A stretch of 64,000 bases of DNA, from the IMG/VR virus record IMGVR_UViG_3300032093_000021, positions 76,165 through 140,164 of that record; one strand, written 5' to 3'. Below the pieces are notes generated by a model. The model made no database searches and was not told the DNA's origin. It saw only the letters and a program-made list of their open reading frames with translations. The position numbers and the translations under genes are program-made. Source of the DNA: a virus. Positions 46,929-56,705 of the stretch are shown piece after piece (the first letter of the stretch is position 1; the number at the start of each line of letters is the position of its first letter).

Positions 46929-49844
46929 TCAAGCGTCAATGTTCTTAACAACCAAAGTGTCTGAAGAGTCATAATATGACAACCTATTTAACCCACCATC
47001 CCGTTGGAAAATATTACAATTATAAGTTTTATACACAGATGGTGTTGTTGATAAACCAACAACTTGAATTGTTACATCATCAACACCATCAGTTCCGCCA
47101 ATAACTGATCCCAAAACCAAAAATGTATCACCGATGGTATAAAGTTTACCTGGTTGATTTACTACAACATATGTTACAACATTACCTGAGACATTAATAT
47201 CAAAAGTTACCCCAACTCCAGTACCGCCTGTAACAGATATTCCGACGAATAATCCATCGGTTGCTGTAGATCCTAAAGCAGTATAAGTTACACCTGTAAT
47301 ATTTCCATAATTTACTGTAAAATCAGTAGAGATGATACTTGCTTCTATATTATTCTTTTGGAAATAATCCCCTAAAGTATTACTCTGAAAATAATCTGCA
47401 ACTCTGTTATTATAGAAATACTCACCAACATTATTACTTTGGAAATAATCACCGATGTAGTTTTTCTGACTAGACCCCCCACCGAACCCAAATCCTTCGT
47501 CGATAGTATTATTAAAAAAGTTATTTCCAATAATATTATAAGAAAAATCTGTGGCTATTTGATTAGATTCAAAGAAATCTTGGATTTGATTGTATGTGGT
47601 ATTACCACTGAAAGTATTATTATTAAAATCTCTACCAAAAGTGTTATTTATTATTGAATAGTTATTTACTAAACCAAATGTCCCAAAATTATTTGAACTT
47701 GTGGAATCTTTGAACTCATTTTTATAAGCTACAGACCAAACATTATTACTTTGGAAATTATTAGATAATTTATTTTGATAAAAAACACCATAGAAATTAT
47801 TATTGGAAGTAGAAACACCTATATCATTTCTATAAAATTCATCGTGAATTCTATTATTATTAAAAAACGGACCAATTTTATTTTCATACATGGTTCCTCT
47901 TATTGAGTTATAATAAAATTCATTACCGATATCGTTATTATTAAAACTACCCCCATTGTTCCAGTTATTATTGAAATCGTCCCCTACGTTGTTACTATTG
48001 AATTCATTATCATACCAAACATTATTATAAAAATTTTGTTTGATTATATTATATCTGAATCTGTCGTAGAATGTATTTCCATAAAAACGACTACCAACAA
48101 ATAAATTACTGATAACATCATCACCAAATGAATTGTTATAAAATTCATCTCCAAAATTATTACTTTCGATATCTACAGTATTATCATCAGCATTTACAAA
48201 TACGTTGTTAGGTAAAATGAAATCATTATTATTTATGTCAAACATATTTGCATAATTACCGAAATAGTTATTTGCAAAATAATTGATATTTGCAAAAGTA
48301 TATTGCTCGTAATATTCAGTATCACCCGTGAAGTTATTTTGTTTATACTCTAAAGAAACAAGTTTTATTTCGTTAGGTGGAAAATTATCAGTAATTGCTG
48401 AGAAACTCACATTCAAATTGGATAGTGTGTTGTTAATATCTCCCAAATCAACAACTGATAAATAATCTGTTACAACATTTTGAATTTGAGTATTAGTTGG
48501 TTTAACTCCTTGAGACAAACCGAATAATAGATAATGAACTTGAGTTACACCTGTTAGATTGCTTATTGTATCTCTATCATCATCAGTTGATAAATCAGCG
48601 TCGTGAGTGATATTTGGATCAATTGTGTCAACAATAAAAATGTGGGTAACCGAAGGATCACCAGCATCCCAAACTCTTTTACAATAAACAGAGAAGTCAT
48701 TACCACTTAAAGAAAGTGTGTAATCAAACAAATCAGCCTGACCCTGAGAATCAGAACCCAAGTTACCATCAATTTCAAAATCGGTTATTGTAACATCTTT
48801 TGCGACCATTACGAATAAACCAGGATATAGATTGGTAAAATATTGAGAACCCGTTCCGAAATATGTATCCCCTGACTGAACAGTCCCATCATATGTGAAG
48901 TCCGATAATGACGCTTGATTATTATCATTTACTGGAGGATCTGTCATTTGAGTATGTGTATATGGAATTTGACTAAATAAATCTGTATAAATTCTATTAC
49001 CACCATCATACATATCATCACCACCATCATTTATATCGTTATTACCAACATCATTGAAATAATATAAACTACCCGCAGGACTTTGTTGTGTTCTCGTATC
49101 AGTTCTAAAAAATTGATATCCGAAATTATCTGTGAAGTTGTCGTAATTATAACCTTGAACAATCATTTCTGTGTTAGAGGTTATACTCACGATTTTATAA
49201 AATCTTGGAAGATTTGCCTCAATGAAAATAACTTCACCCACCTGTAAATCATTTGTAAAAAAAGTATCTTTACCGTAAACAACTAAATCAGTAAACCCTG
49301 TGATTCTACCATCCAAACTTCCAGTTACGAAGTGTGTTGTATATCTTTTGAATTTAACCGCCTTATGGTCATAATCTGTTCTGTTATTATATTCATCAAT
49401 TCTTTCAGTTATTCTACCTTTAGCAGGAGAACTTGTTCTTTCAGTCGTTGTGAACGTAATATCATAAGTAATTTTATCTTTTGGTTGACTTGGTTGGTAT
49501 GCTTGTGGAGCTAATGACGCATTTGATGTTGCAAAAACAATTATTGGGTCAATATCTGCAGTTCTATAATTCCCTGTGTAAATTGGACTACCATATTGAT
49601 CATAATCGGGTTGGTCATAACAAGTTTGGAAATCTGTAATTTTATAGTAAGAACCGGCAGTTAATGTCCCGCCTGAAAACATACCATAAAGTTCAGAATA
49701 TGTTACCTCATCGAAAATAAGATTATTAGATATAGATGCAAAATCTATATGATATGTCAAACCACTTAATTCTACCGGAAATAATGTTTCCGAAGTGGGA
49801 TTTGCTAGATTAGTTAATTGACCAATTGTTTTTCCTGTTAACAT
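46929..49844 (-). CDS. Tail fibre/spike-like protein with Asn-rich beta-solenoid repeats
   Basis: KTIGQL fibre N-terminus, TYSEL....GTLTAGSYYKITDFQT module, and a long run of roughly 10-aa N-x-(F/I)-G-x-x-F-x-x-N repeats. Confidence 0.75.
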   Translation of the reverse strand: MLTGKTIGQLTNLANPTSETLFPVELSGLTYHIDFASISNNLIFDEVTYSELYGMFSGGTLTAGSYYKITDFQTCYDQPDYDQYGSPIYTGNYRTADIDPIIVFATSNASLAPQAYQPSQPKDKITYDITFTTTERTSSPAKGRITERIDEYNNRTDYDHKAVKFKRYTTHFVTGSLDGRITGFTDLVVYGKDTFFTNDLQVGEVIFIEANLPRFYKIVSITSNTEMIVQGYNYDNFTDNFGYQFFRTDTRTQQSPAGSLYYFNDVGNNDINDGGDDMYDGGNRIYTDLFSQIPYTHTQMTDPPVNDNNQASLSDFTYDGTVQSGDTYFGTGSQYFTNLYPGLFVMVAKDVTITDFEIDGNLGSDSQGQADLFDYTLSLSGNDFSVYCKRVWDAGDPSVTHIFIVDTIDPNITHDADLSTDDDRDTISNLTGVTQVHYLLFGLSQGVKPTNTQIQNVVTDYLSVVDLGDINNTLSNLNVSFSAITDNFPPNEIKLVSLEYKQNNFTGDTEYYEQYTFANINYFANNYFGNYANMFDINNNDFILPNNVFVNADDNTVDIESNNFGDEFYNNSFGDDVISNLFVGSRFYGNTFYDRFRYNIIKQNFYNNVWYDNEFNSNNVGDDFNNNWNNGGSFNNNDIGNEFYYNSIRGTMYENKIGPFFNNNRIHDEFYRNDIGVSTSNNNFYGVFYQNKLSNNFQSNNVWSVAYKNEFKDSTSSNNFGTFGLVNNYSIINNTFGRDFNNNTFSGNTTYNQIQDFFESNQIATDFSYNIIGNNFFNNTIDEGFGFGGGSSQKNYIGDYFQSNNVGEYFYNNRVADYFQSNTLGDYFQKNNIEASIISTDFTVNYGNITGVTYTALGSTATDGLFVGISVTGGTGVGVTFDINVSGNVVTYVVVNQPGKLYTIGDTFLVLGSVIGGTDGVDDVTIQVVGLSTTPSVYKTYNCNIFQRDGGLNRLSYYDSSDTLVVKNIDA

Positions 49845-49870
49845 AGTTTCTTTTATTTTATAAATATCTT

Positions 49871-50935
49871 TTATTCAATGTATCTTAAATAAAACCCATC
49901 ACCTACTGAAATATATTCATCTGTGTCGGTTATTATTGGATCTATCGGATTATCCTCAGGGGTCGGTGTAGGAGTCGGTGTAGGAGTTTCAGAAGAAGTT
50001 AAAGTCGGGGTAGGTGTTGAAGTATTTGTTGTTGTAGGAGTTTCAGAAGAAGTTAAAGTCGGGGTAGGTGTTGAAGTATTTGTTGGTGTTGGAGTTGGAA
50101 GAGGAAACTGAAATATAACCTGTCCAAACACTTCATAAGAATAACCTGATGGGGATAGTTGAGTTACGATTAAAGTTGACTCTGCAGATAGATCACCATA
50201 TTCCAAATCATTCAAGAATAGAGTAGTTTCACCTGATAAACTTCCAGCCGGAACGAAAATAGTTATTCCGGGAGTATCATAGGTTCCCCCCGATAATAAT
50301 CCTAATTGAACTATTGTTCCCAAACTAACCGTTTGGTCTAAAGGTCTACTCAATATCAATTTGTAGTTACAAATGACAGATCCTGACATTACCTCAACAA
50401 TCAAATTAACATTTAGATCTCCCGGAGTTACAGAAGGAGTTGGTGTTGAAGTTGTTGTTAGTGTTGGTGTAACAGATGGTGAAGGTATTGGTGTTTGACT
50501 TGGACACACGGGGCATGGTGTAGATGGGGGACAAGGTTGAAGATAACTTTGATCGTCACAACAAATCTCGTCAGAAATAAAACTATCCGTTACATTTATG
50601 TAAAGTTTTTCTCTTATCGGAACAATTAAAGTTCCTTGATCAGTTTTTAACATGAACTGACCTTCATATCTACCAACTTTAGATGTATCTCTTTTAGTAA
50701 ATTTATAAAATATGTAATATTCAGGTGGAGTGTCGGGATCAATAAAAGTTTTGGAAACAAATCCTCCTGTTTTAGAAGTTATTCTTGGTAATCCTGTTTC
50801 TACATCAATCATTGAAAAGGAAATGGATGCCTTTTCAATCAAACTCATAAATTCATTGTAGTCACTTCTCCCATCCTTCACTATTTGCATTTTCAGCAAA
50901 GGGAGTGTGGCATTTTTATTAATAAAAAACTCCAT
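49871..50935 (-). CDS. Virion protein: BppU-like N-domain, Cys-rich and Thr/Pro-rich linkers, beta-sandwich domain
   Basis: FFINKNATLPLL...YKFTKRDT..VGRYEGQF....GTLIVP, then CCDD..PCPPSTPCPVCP and two TP-rich tracts. Confidence 0.75.
   Translation of the reverse strand: MEFFINKNATLPLLKMQIVKDGRSDYNEFMSLIEKASISFSMIDVETGLPRITSKTGGFVSKTFIDPDTPPEYYIFYKFTKRDTSKVGRYEGQFMLKTDQGTLIVPIREKLYINVTDSFISDEICCDDQSYLQPCPPSTPCPVCPSQTPIPSPSVTPTLTTTSTPTPSVTPGDLNVNLIVEVMSGSVICNYKLILSRPLDQTVSLGTIVQLGLLSGGTYDTPGITIFVPAGSLSGETTLFLNDLEYGDLSAESTLIVTQLSPSGYSYEVFGQVIFQFPLPTPTPTNTSTPTPTLTSSETPTTTNTSTPTPTLTSSETPTPTPTPTPEDNPIDPIITDTDEYISVGDGFYLRYIE
49980..50085. repeat. Near-perfect 54-nt tandem duplication (TNTSTPTPTLTSSETPT x2)
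   Basis: Identical 52-nt blocks start at 49980 and 50034. Confidence 0.9.
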
Positions 50936-50961
50936 TTATTTTTTATTAATAAATATACCGA

Positions 50962-53364
50962 TTAAGATTCTTTTCTTAATTTTCTGTCGTAGTGATCAAA
51001 TCTATTATGTTCAGTTGGAGTCATTAATAAAATACCAGGATTTAATTCACCTTTTTTTGTCAGTTGATACATATGAGACATCCAAGTTTGTTCATAAGGA
51101 TGAGCCCAAGTGGTATCCAAAAACATTTTTTTATTACCTGTTCTACTTACAATTTGTGGCCAATTACAATAATAAATTTCTCCATCGGCATAAGGTATAC
51201 CATTATGAGATTTTATACTATTAAATTTTGTTCTTGGTGCGTTAGGATCTAATCCTTGAACAGGTAATTTAGGTTTTTCCGGCCAAAATTCTTCTCTTAC
51301 ATGTTGTGGAACATTATACCAAGACCATTGAACTCCGTTATCCCCAAAAAATTCAGTATAATTGAATTTGAGAAAATCAAAATTTTCTTTTTTAATTATT
51401 GATAAAGTGTTATCATAAAAATTTTCCACATACCTATTAAATCCATTTCTACATACATCGCCTTCTTTTGGATAGAAGAACATATCATCTTCAAAGAATA
51501 AATAATAATCTAAATCAGTTTTATCAAAATGTTCAGCAATCCATTGGCGACCTCCACATATTCCTAAATTATCCTTTTTGATATGTTCAAAACCATATTC
51601 TTTACAAATTTCTTCATATTCTTCTGTTGTTGATTCATCAGAAGAGTTATTGAGGAGAAATTTTTTTGTTTTGAGTAAAAAATCATTATCATATAAACGA
51701 AATGAATTTATAAGTGTTTGAAGTTGATTGGGTGAGTTAAAAGTTATTACGTATAAACCTACTTTATTTATATCCAAGTTATTACCACTTGAAATATTAG
51801 TTTCAGATTTAACTTCAAGTCTATCATTCTTCAAATCCTCAAAAAATTTACCCATTAATCCGTTACTTTCTATATCAAAATAATTTATTAAATCAGAATT
51901 TTTATAAGTCATAATTGAAAAAATACTTTCTTCAGTTCCCATTAGTCCATCATTTAACGTTGAAATTAATAAATTATAATATATTGAATTTATTTTTGAT
52001 ATTGTATCTTTAGGTCCACCAAAAAAACCACCTCTTGCTACTTTTTTTACTTTAGCATCGGCAATAGAGTTAAGCTTGGGATATTCAAATCCATGAATTT
52101 CATTATTGGCCTCATAAGGAAAACATACAAAAGAAAATTTTGAAATATATTTTGATAATTTTTCCAAAACTTTATCATGTGTGAAATATCCGGGATGAAC
52201 AGTATTCGTTAAACCAGCATCAATCCAAAACAAATATTTTGAATCAAACTTATCTAATATTTTTGCATCATGTAGCAGAAACATTTTGGACATAACCAAC
52301 GGGTTATACATCTCAAGTTTCGCTTGAGTTGAATCTTTTAACCAACCAGCTTGATTAAACCATTCTGGAGTTTGTCTTATTTCCTGTATTTTTTCATAGA
52401 ACTGATTGTTTTTGAACCAAGACAAATCCCTTTTCAAAAAAAGGGTATTCTCATTTTTTCTACGTGTTTTAACGAAAGTTTCAACATTTTCATCACCAAA
52501 AATGATCATATTACAGTCTACTTTCAATAACTCATCAAACTTTGATAAGTAATGATCAAAATTTCTATTCCACCCTTGAGAAAGTTCGGATCTTTTAATA
52601 TCCCATAAACCGGTCACTAAAGTAATATCAGAACCTGATTTTGTTTGTTCAACTACAACAGGTTCTGCGACTTCATTAATAGTATTGAGATCATAATGAT
52701 TTTTCAATTCATTATAAAAAAGTTTAGGAATTCCAACAATGTCCTGACCTGTAATTTCATACACAAAATTATTATCTTCAAATTTCTTCTTGATAGATTC
52801 TTTATCATCGTCGGAAAGATTTATCCATTCTAATCTGATTACTTTCGGAGAATATTTTTCAAAATCAATTTGTTTGAATATTACATAGTCATGACCTTCC
52901 GCGTCTATTTTAACAATATCAAAATTATAAAATTGATGTTTTTTGATCAATGTGTCAAAAGTTATACAAGGTACTGTTGTTAGTTTACCATAATCCTCAA
53001 CTGTTTTGCGATCAAATTCACTTCCTAATCCATTTTTAGGTGGGTATACAGCACTCATTCCATAGAAGCAAGAATGGACTAAACCCTCATCTATAACTGA
53101 TTGGTCAATCATCAACATTTTAATTTCACCCTCATAATCAGAAATTGCTGAGTTCTCAAATAATGCGGGTGATTTGATATTTTGTTTAAGTTTTTCAAAT
53201 AAGTAAGGAATTGGTTCAACATATAAAACCTTATAACCATACATATTGGTATACCCAATCATCTCATCAAATAAAACGCCGTCCATGGCACCAATATTTA
53301 ATGCGTTTGTTTCTTTTTGTTTTTTACCTAAATAGTGTAATGCCTTGTCAAAAAAATTATCCAT
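50962..53364 (-). CDS. Tri-domain enzyme: FkbM methyltransferase + HtrL/YibB-like GT + GT2-like domain
   Basis: NIGAMDG...VEPIP...NSAIS...KIDAEGHD; TLVTGLWDIKR...YNPLVMSK...FWIDAG...GGFFGG...TEE; VITFNSP...NLGICGGR...FFEDD. Confidence 0.82.
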   Translation of the reverse strand: MDNFFDKALHYLGKKQKETNALNIGAMDGVLFDEMIGYTNMYGYKVLYVEPIPYLFEKLKQNIKSPALFENSAISDYEGEIKMLMIDQSVIDEGLVHSCFYGMSAVYPPKNGLGSEFDRKTVEDYGKLTTVPCITFDTLIKKHQFYNFDIVKIDAEGHDYVIFKQIDFEKYSPKVIRLEWINLSDDDKESIKKKFEDNNFVYEITGQDIVGIPKLFYNELKNHYDLNTINEVAEPVVVEQTKSGSDITLVTGLWDIKRSELSQGWNRNFDHYLSKFDELLKVDCNMIIFGDENVETFVKTRRKNENTLFLKRDLSWFKNNQFYEKIQEIRQTPEWFNQAGWLKDSTQAKLEMYNPLVMSKMFLLHDAKILDKFDSKYLFWIDAGLTNTVHPGYFTHDKVLEKLSKYISKFSFVCFPYEANNEIHGFEYPKLNSIADAKVKKVARGGFFGGPKDTISKINSIYYNLLISTLNDGLMGTEESIFSIMTYKNSDLINYFDIESNGLMGKFFEDLKNDRLEVKSETNISSGNNLDINKVGLYVITFNSPNQLQTLINSFRLYDNDFLLKTKKFLLNNSSDESTTEEYEEICKEYGFEHIKKDNLGICGGRQWIAEHFDKTDLDYYLFFEDDMFFYPKEGDVCRNGFNRYVENFYDNTLSIIKKENFDFLKFNYTEFFGDNGVQWSWYNVPQHVREEFWPEKPKLPVQGLDPNAPRTKFNSIKSHNGIPYADGEIYYCNWPQIVSRTGNKKMFLDTTWAHPYEQTWMSHMYQLTKKGELNPGILLMTPTEHNRFDHYDRKLRKES

Positions 53365-53381
53365 TAATTAAAGTTATTTTT

Positions 53382-54239
53382 TTATTTATTTAAATCTTCA
53401 AAAATTCTATAAAAGTAAACATCATTAGGGTGATTACAACAAATACCAAGATCAACTTCTTCGTGATGCCATGTTGTAAACTTTAATGGATGATACATGT
53501 TTTTATCTCTGAAATAAAGGACTGTCATTAAGTGTTCTTCTCTTTCAAAACAATTCAACTCCACCATCTCTTTCATCAAATTTTCATAATCTTGACAAAA
53601 CTTTTTAACACTGTTTACAGGACCTCCGAACATTCCACCCACGATATGACAGTTTTCATCTCTCGGAAATTCTTTGAAAAATAATCCGTTTGGTGCCGCT
53701 TCAAACAAATGATATGTTTGATCTCCATATAAAATGACAAATTTATCTTCTATTTTATTTAAATTTTCCACCAATTTTGGTGAGAACAAATTACATGTGA
53801 AAAAAGATTCAAAACCAGTTCCGGTTCTATATCTATTTGGGAAAAGTCCGCCATGTGATAACCCACAATCAATCCAATATACATAATCGTAACCGTCATC
53901 TAAATGGTTGGACATCCACATTGGTTTTCCGTGCATCACCTCATAACAACGATCATATTTAGTTCCGTTTAAACATTTTTGAAAATATTCATGATAAGGG
54001 TGTGAATATAAATCATAATTTACTATCTTAACATTTTCAGGATACATACTTTGGTTTATTGCCGATTCTAAATGTTGTCTATCATTTTCAGACGTATAAA
54101 CAACAACGTCAGATCCCATACTAATAATTGTTTTAAGACCATGAAAATAATGCCACAATCTACCAACTCTTCCCCCCAATTTAGTATTGTCAAGACCATT
54201 ATAAAAACAGGTGACAAATAAAGTTTTTTTGTTACTCAT
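53382..54239 (-). CDS. HtrL/YibB-like GT-A glycosyltransferase
   Basis: LFVTCFY, YVYWIDCG, IVGGMFGG, EE; resembles the middle domain of 50962..53364. Confidence 0.72.
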   Translation of the reverse strand: MSNKKTLFVTCFYNGLDNTKLGGRVGRLWHYFHGLKTIISMGSDVVVYTSENDRQHLESAINQSMYPENVKIVNYDLYSHPYHEYFQKCLNGTKYDRCYEVMHGKPMWMSNHLDDGYDYVYWIDCGLSHGGLFPNRYRTGTGFESFFTCNLFSPKLVENLNKIEDKFVILYGDQTYHLFEAAPNGLFFKEFPRDENCHIVGGMFGGPVNSVKKFCQDYENLMKEMVELNCFEREEHLMTVLYFRDKNMYHPLKFTTWHHEEVDLGICCNHPNDVYFYRIFEDLNK

Positions 54240-54247
54240 AATATTAA

Positions 54248-54886
54248 TTAAAAAAATATGTGGTTATTTGGTTTACCATAATTGTCTGCCGGCCACCACC
54301 CACCAACAAAAAATTCATTTTCTTTTTCAACAGGGAAGGTATTTCTATAATTTGAACAATGAATCAGATATGAATCAGAAAATAATGGAGCAACTTTAGA
54401 TCTTAAAAATTGTTGATCAAAATCATACTTAATTCCATTCCAGCCTTCAGATAATTCTTTCATGTTTACCCTGTCGTTTTTTTTCATACCCCACATACCA
54501 CCCATAATATCGGGGTGACTTGGGTTGTCTCTTATTGAATGTAATAGATAAGGAGATTCTAAAAATATATCAACACATTTTTTTTCTCTATAAGATAATC
54601 TAGCATCCGCATCCCTTGATATCATAACTTCAACATCTTCATCATCTATAGGTAAAAATCTCCAAATCATGGGAAAAAGTTTGTCTGGGCCTTCTTCCAT
54701 CAAAACTAATTCGCAGTTATCATAAGTTTTCATTTTCTCCACGACTAATTCAGGAACTGATCTTCCATAATAAACCCTACATACCCAATCAGGATAAATA
54801 ATTTTTGCAAGTTCTAAGTTACAAATGATTCCATTACAATATCTATTGTCAGATCCATATAAACAAAAGGAAATAATTTTTTTCAT
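54248..54886 (-). CDS. GT-A-fold glycosyltransferase-like protein
   Basis: KIISFCLYG...IYPDWVCRVY...MIWRFLP...SRDADAR (DxD)...IMGGMWG...DQQFL. Confidence 0.7.
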   Translation of the reverse strand: MKKIISFCLYGSDNRYCNGIICNLELAKIIYPDWVCRVYYGRSVPELVVEKMKTYDNCELVLMEEGPDKLFPMIWRFLPIDDEDVEVMISRDADARLSYREKKCVDIFLESPYLLHSIRDNPSHPDIMGGMWGMKKNDRVNMKELSEGWNGIKYDFDQQFLRSKVAPLFSDSYLIHCSNYRNTFPVEKENEFFVGGWWPADNYGKPNNHIFF

Positions 54887-54887
54887 T

Positions 54888-55829
54888 CTAAATCCAAGTT
54901 TCTAAATCTAATATTTTATATGTGAATTCTACACTACCTTTTGGTGATAGATAATCTTCATAATACTTTCTTGCGTTTCTTGAAATATAATCCAAAAATT
55001 CTTTATCGTCTTTTACCTCTCTGAATCTATTTTCAATCATTTCCGCATGTTCTTTATTTCCCAATCTGTCATAATATAAATCCTCCGGTCTATTAACCGA
55101 CACATAATGAAAATTAGGTATCAGATGATTATACATTTTATTTTTATATTCAAATCTAATAATTGGAATACCCATCCCGAAATTTTCTACATCTCTGTAA
55201 CAAAACTCGGCTCTACCTGCTATAGATAATGCCACCTTGAATTGAATCAATTTTTCAGAGTACCCATTAAAATCACCAATTGGTAATCCACCACTGAAAT
55301 ATTCTTCATTGAAGTTACTCAAAATTTTCCTATCCTCAATTGAGGTCCCCCAAAAACAAAATTTATCAGTCAATTCTGATAAAGAGATTCTTTTTTGATA
55401 TTTTGAATCTAAATCAAATTCATTGGATGGAAAATAGATCCAAGGTCTGTATTTGTAAAAGTTTTGAGGTTCCCTCAAATGATTCTTTATGTTTTGTTCA
55501 TCAAATTGAGCAACTAGTATTTTTTTACATAGTGGGTTAGATTGATGATTTAAAATTGCTCCTGTAAGGGAATCTGAAACGGATAAGACAACAAACTCTT
55601 TTGTTTCTTTATTTTCAATAATCATTTCACATTCTAAAAGATCCGAACGACTATCATTATTCAATAAAGTTACAGGATAAGATCTTATGTTGGCGTATTC
55701 AAAATATGTATCTTCTTCTACATCAAATTTTTCTTTCAGATATGAAATAAAATTACTGAAAAAAATATTATAATATCTATACCTTGATGAAGCCTCGTTT
55801 TGAGGTGTACGTATAATTATACTACCCAT
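54888..55829 (-). CDS. GT-B-type glycosyltransferase-like protein
   Basis: C-terminal KVALSIAGRAEFCYRDVE...LIPNFHYV...ISRNARKYYE pattern. Confidence 0.7.
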   Translation of the reverse strand: MGSIIIRTPQNEASSRYRYYNIFFSNFISYLKEKFDVEEDTYFEYANIRSYPVTLLNNDSRSDLLECEMIIENKETKEFVVLSVSDSLTGAILNHQSNPLCKKILVAQFDEQNIKNHLREPQNFYKYRPWIYFPSNEFDLDSKYQKRISLSELTDKFCFWGTSIEDRKILSNFNEEYFSGGLPIGDFNGYSEKLIQFKVALSIAGRAEFCYRDVENFGMGIPIIRFEYKNKMYNHLIPNFHYVSVNRPEDLYYDRLGNKEHAEMIENRFREVKDDKEFLDYISRNARKYYEDYLSPKGSVEFTYKILDLETWI

Positions 55830-56704
55830 CCGTTTTTATTAATTAATTCTATTTTATTATTAGATACAGATAATGGGTAAAATAAGAAATTGGAAATCCA
55901 AGATATGTCATAAGCAAAAATTATTTTTTTTGACTTTCCAATAGAAACCATTTCTGCAAAAATATTCTTTAACCTATGTTCTAATATACTATCATCTAAA
56001 TTACCATAATACAAACCATTTGTAAAAGCATTCATGTCATTATTAACAACGTCATAATTATCAAATTCATAAGTAAAAACATTTGGTTCTTCTTTCAAAA
56101 TTTTATAAATATAGTTGTTGTTGGTGCCTAAGTGGTAATATTCATTAGTTTCTTTAATGTAATTTCTTATATTATTTATTATTCTGTCATATCTATCATT
56201 GTTACCATCTATAATGTCTGAAGTTCTAATATGTAAAAAATTATAGTCTTTGGGATTTTTATCCCAAAATAAATTTACTTTTTCAAGTATTGATTCGTGG
56301 GGTTTTGGTAAAACGCTTGGGATTTTATTTTCTAAGTGAATTCTTTGAGCATCAAAAATACTGAATTGAAAATTGTTCGGTATTTGATCAAAAAAAATAT
56401 CAAAATGATGTTGACCCGGTTTTTGAGGATGATGGTTTGATCCATAATAGTTACAACCATCTATTTCCAATTCATAATGCGTGTTATTTGTTTCAGATAT
56501 AGAATCAAAAAAATTTATGGTCTCTTCATCAAATAAAATTTTAAAGAAAGGAGTTCTAACATATTTGTTTGATCTTAATGATATTTTTAAATGTATTTCA
56601 TATCCTATTTTCTTCGCCCCATTAAGAATGGTCATATAATGTGAAACGTCTGAGACAAAATCTCCGAGACCTGAAGTAAAATTATGCTGTATAATTGCCT
56701 TCAT
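55817..56704 (-). CDS. Fucosyltransferase-like (GT11/GT23/O-FucT fold) protein
   Basis: SGLGDF, LHIRTSD (HxRxxD), LGTNN, EM..IGKSKKII...SNF. Confidence 0.7.
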   Translation of the reverse strand: MKAIIQHNFTSGLGDFVSDVSHYMTILNGAKKIGYEIHLKISLRSNKYVRTPFFKILFDEETINFFDSISETNNTHYELEIDGCNYYGSNHHPQKPGQHHFDIFFDQIPNNFQFSIFDAQRIHLENKIPSVLPKPHESILEKVNLFWDKNPKDYNFLHIRTSDIIDGNNDRYDRIINNIRNYIKETNEYYHLGTNNNYIYKILKEEPNVFTYEFDNYDVVNNDMNAFTNGLYYGNLDDSILEHRLKNIFAEMVSIGKSKKIIFAYDISWISNFLFYPLSVSNNKIELINKNGWVV

Positions 56705-56705
56705 A

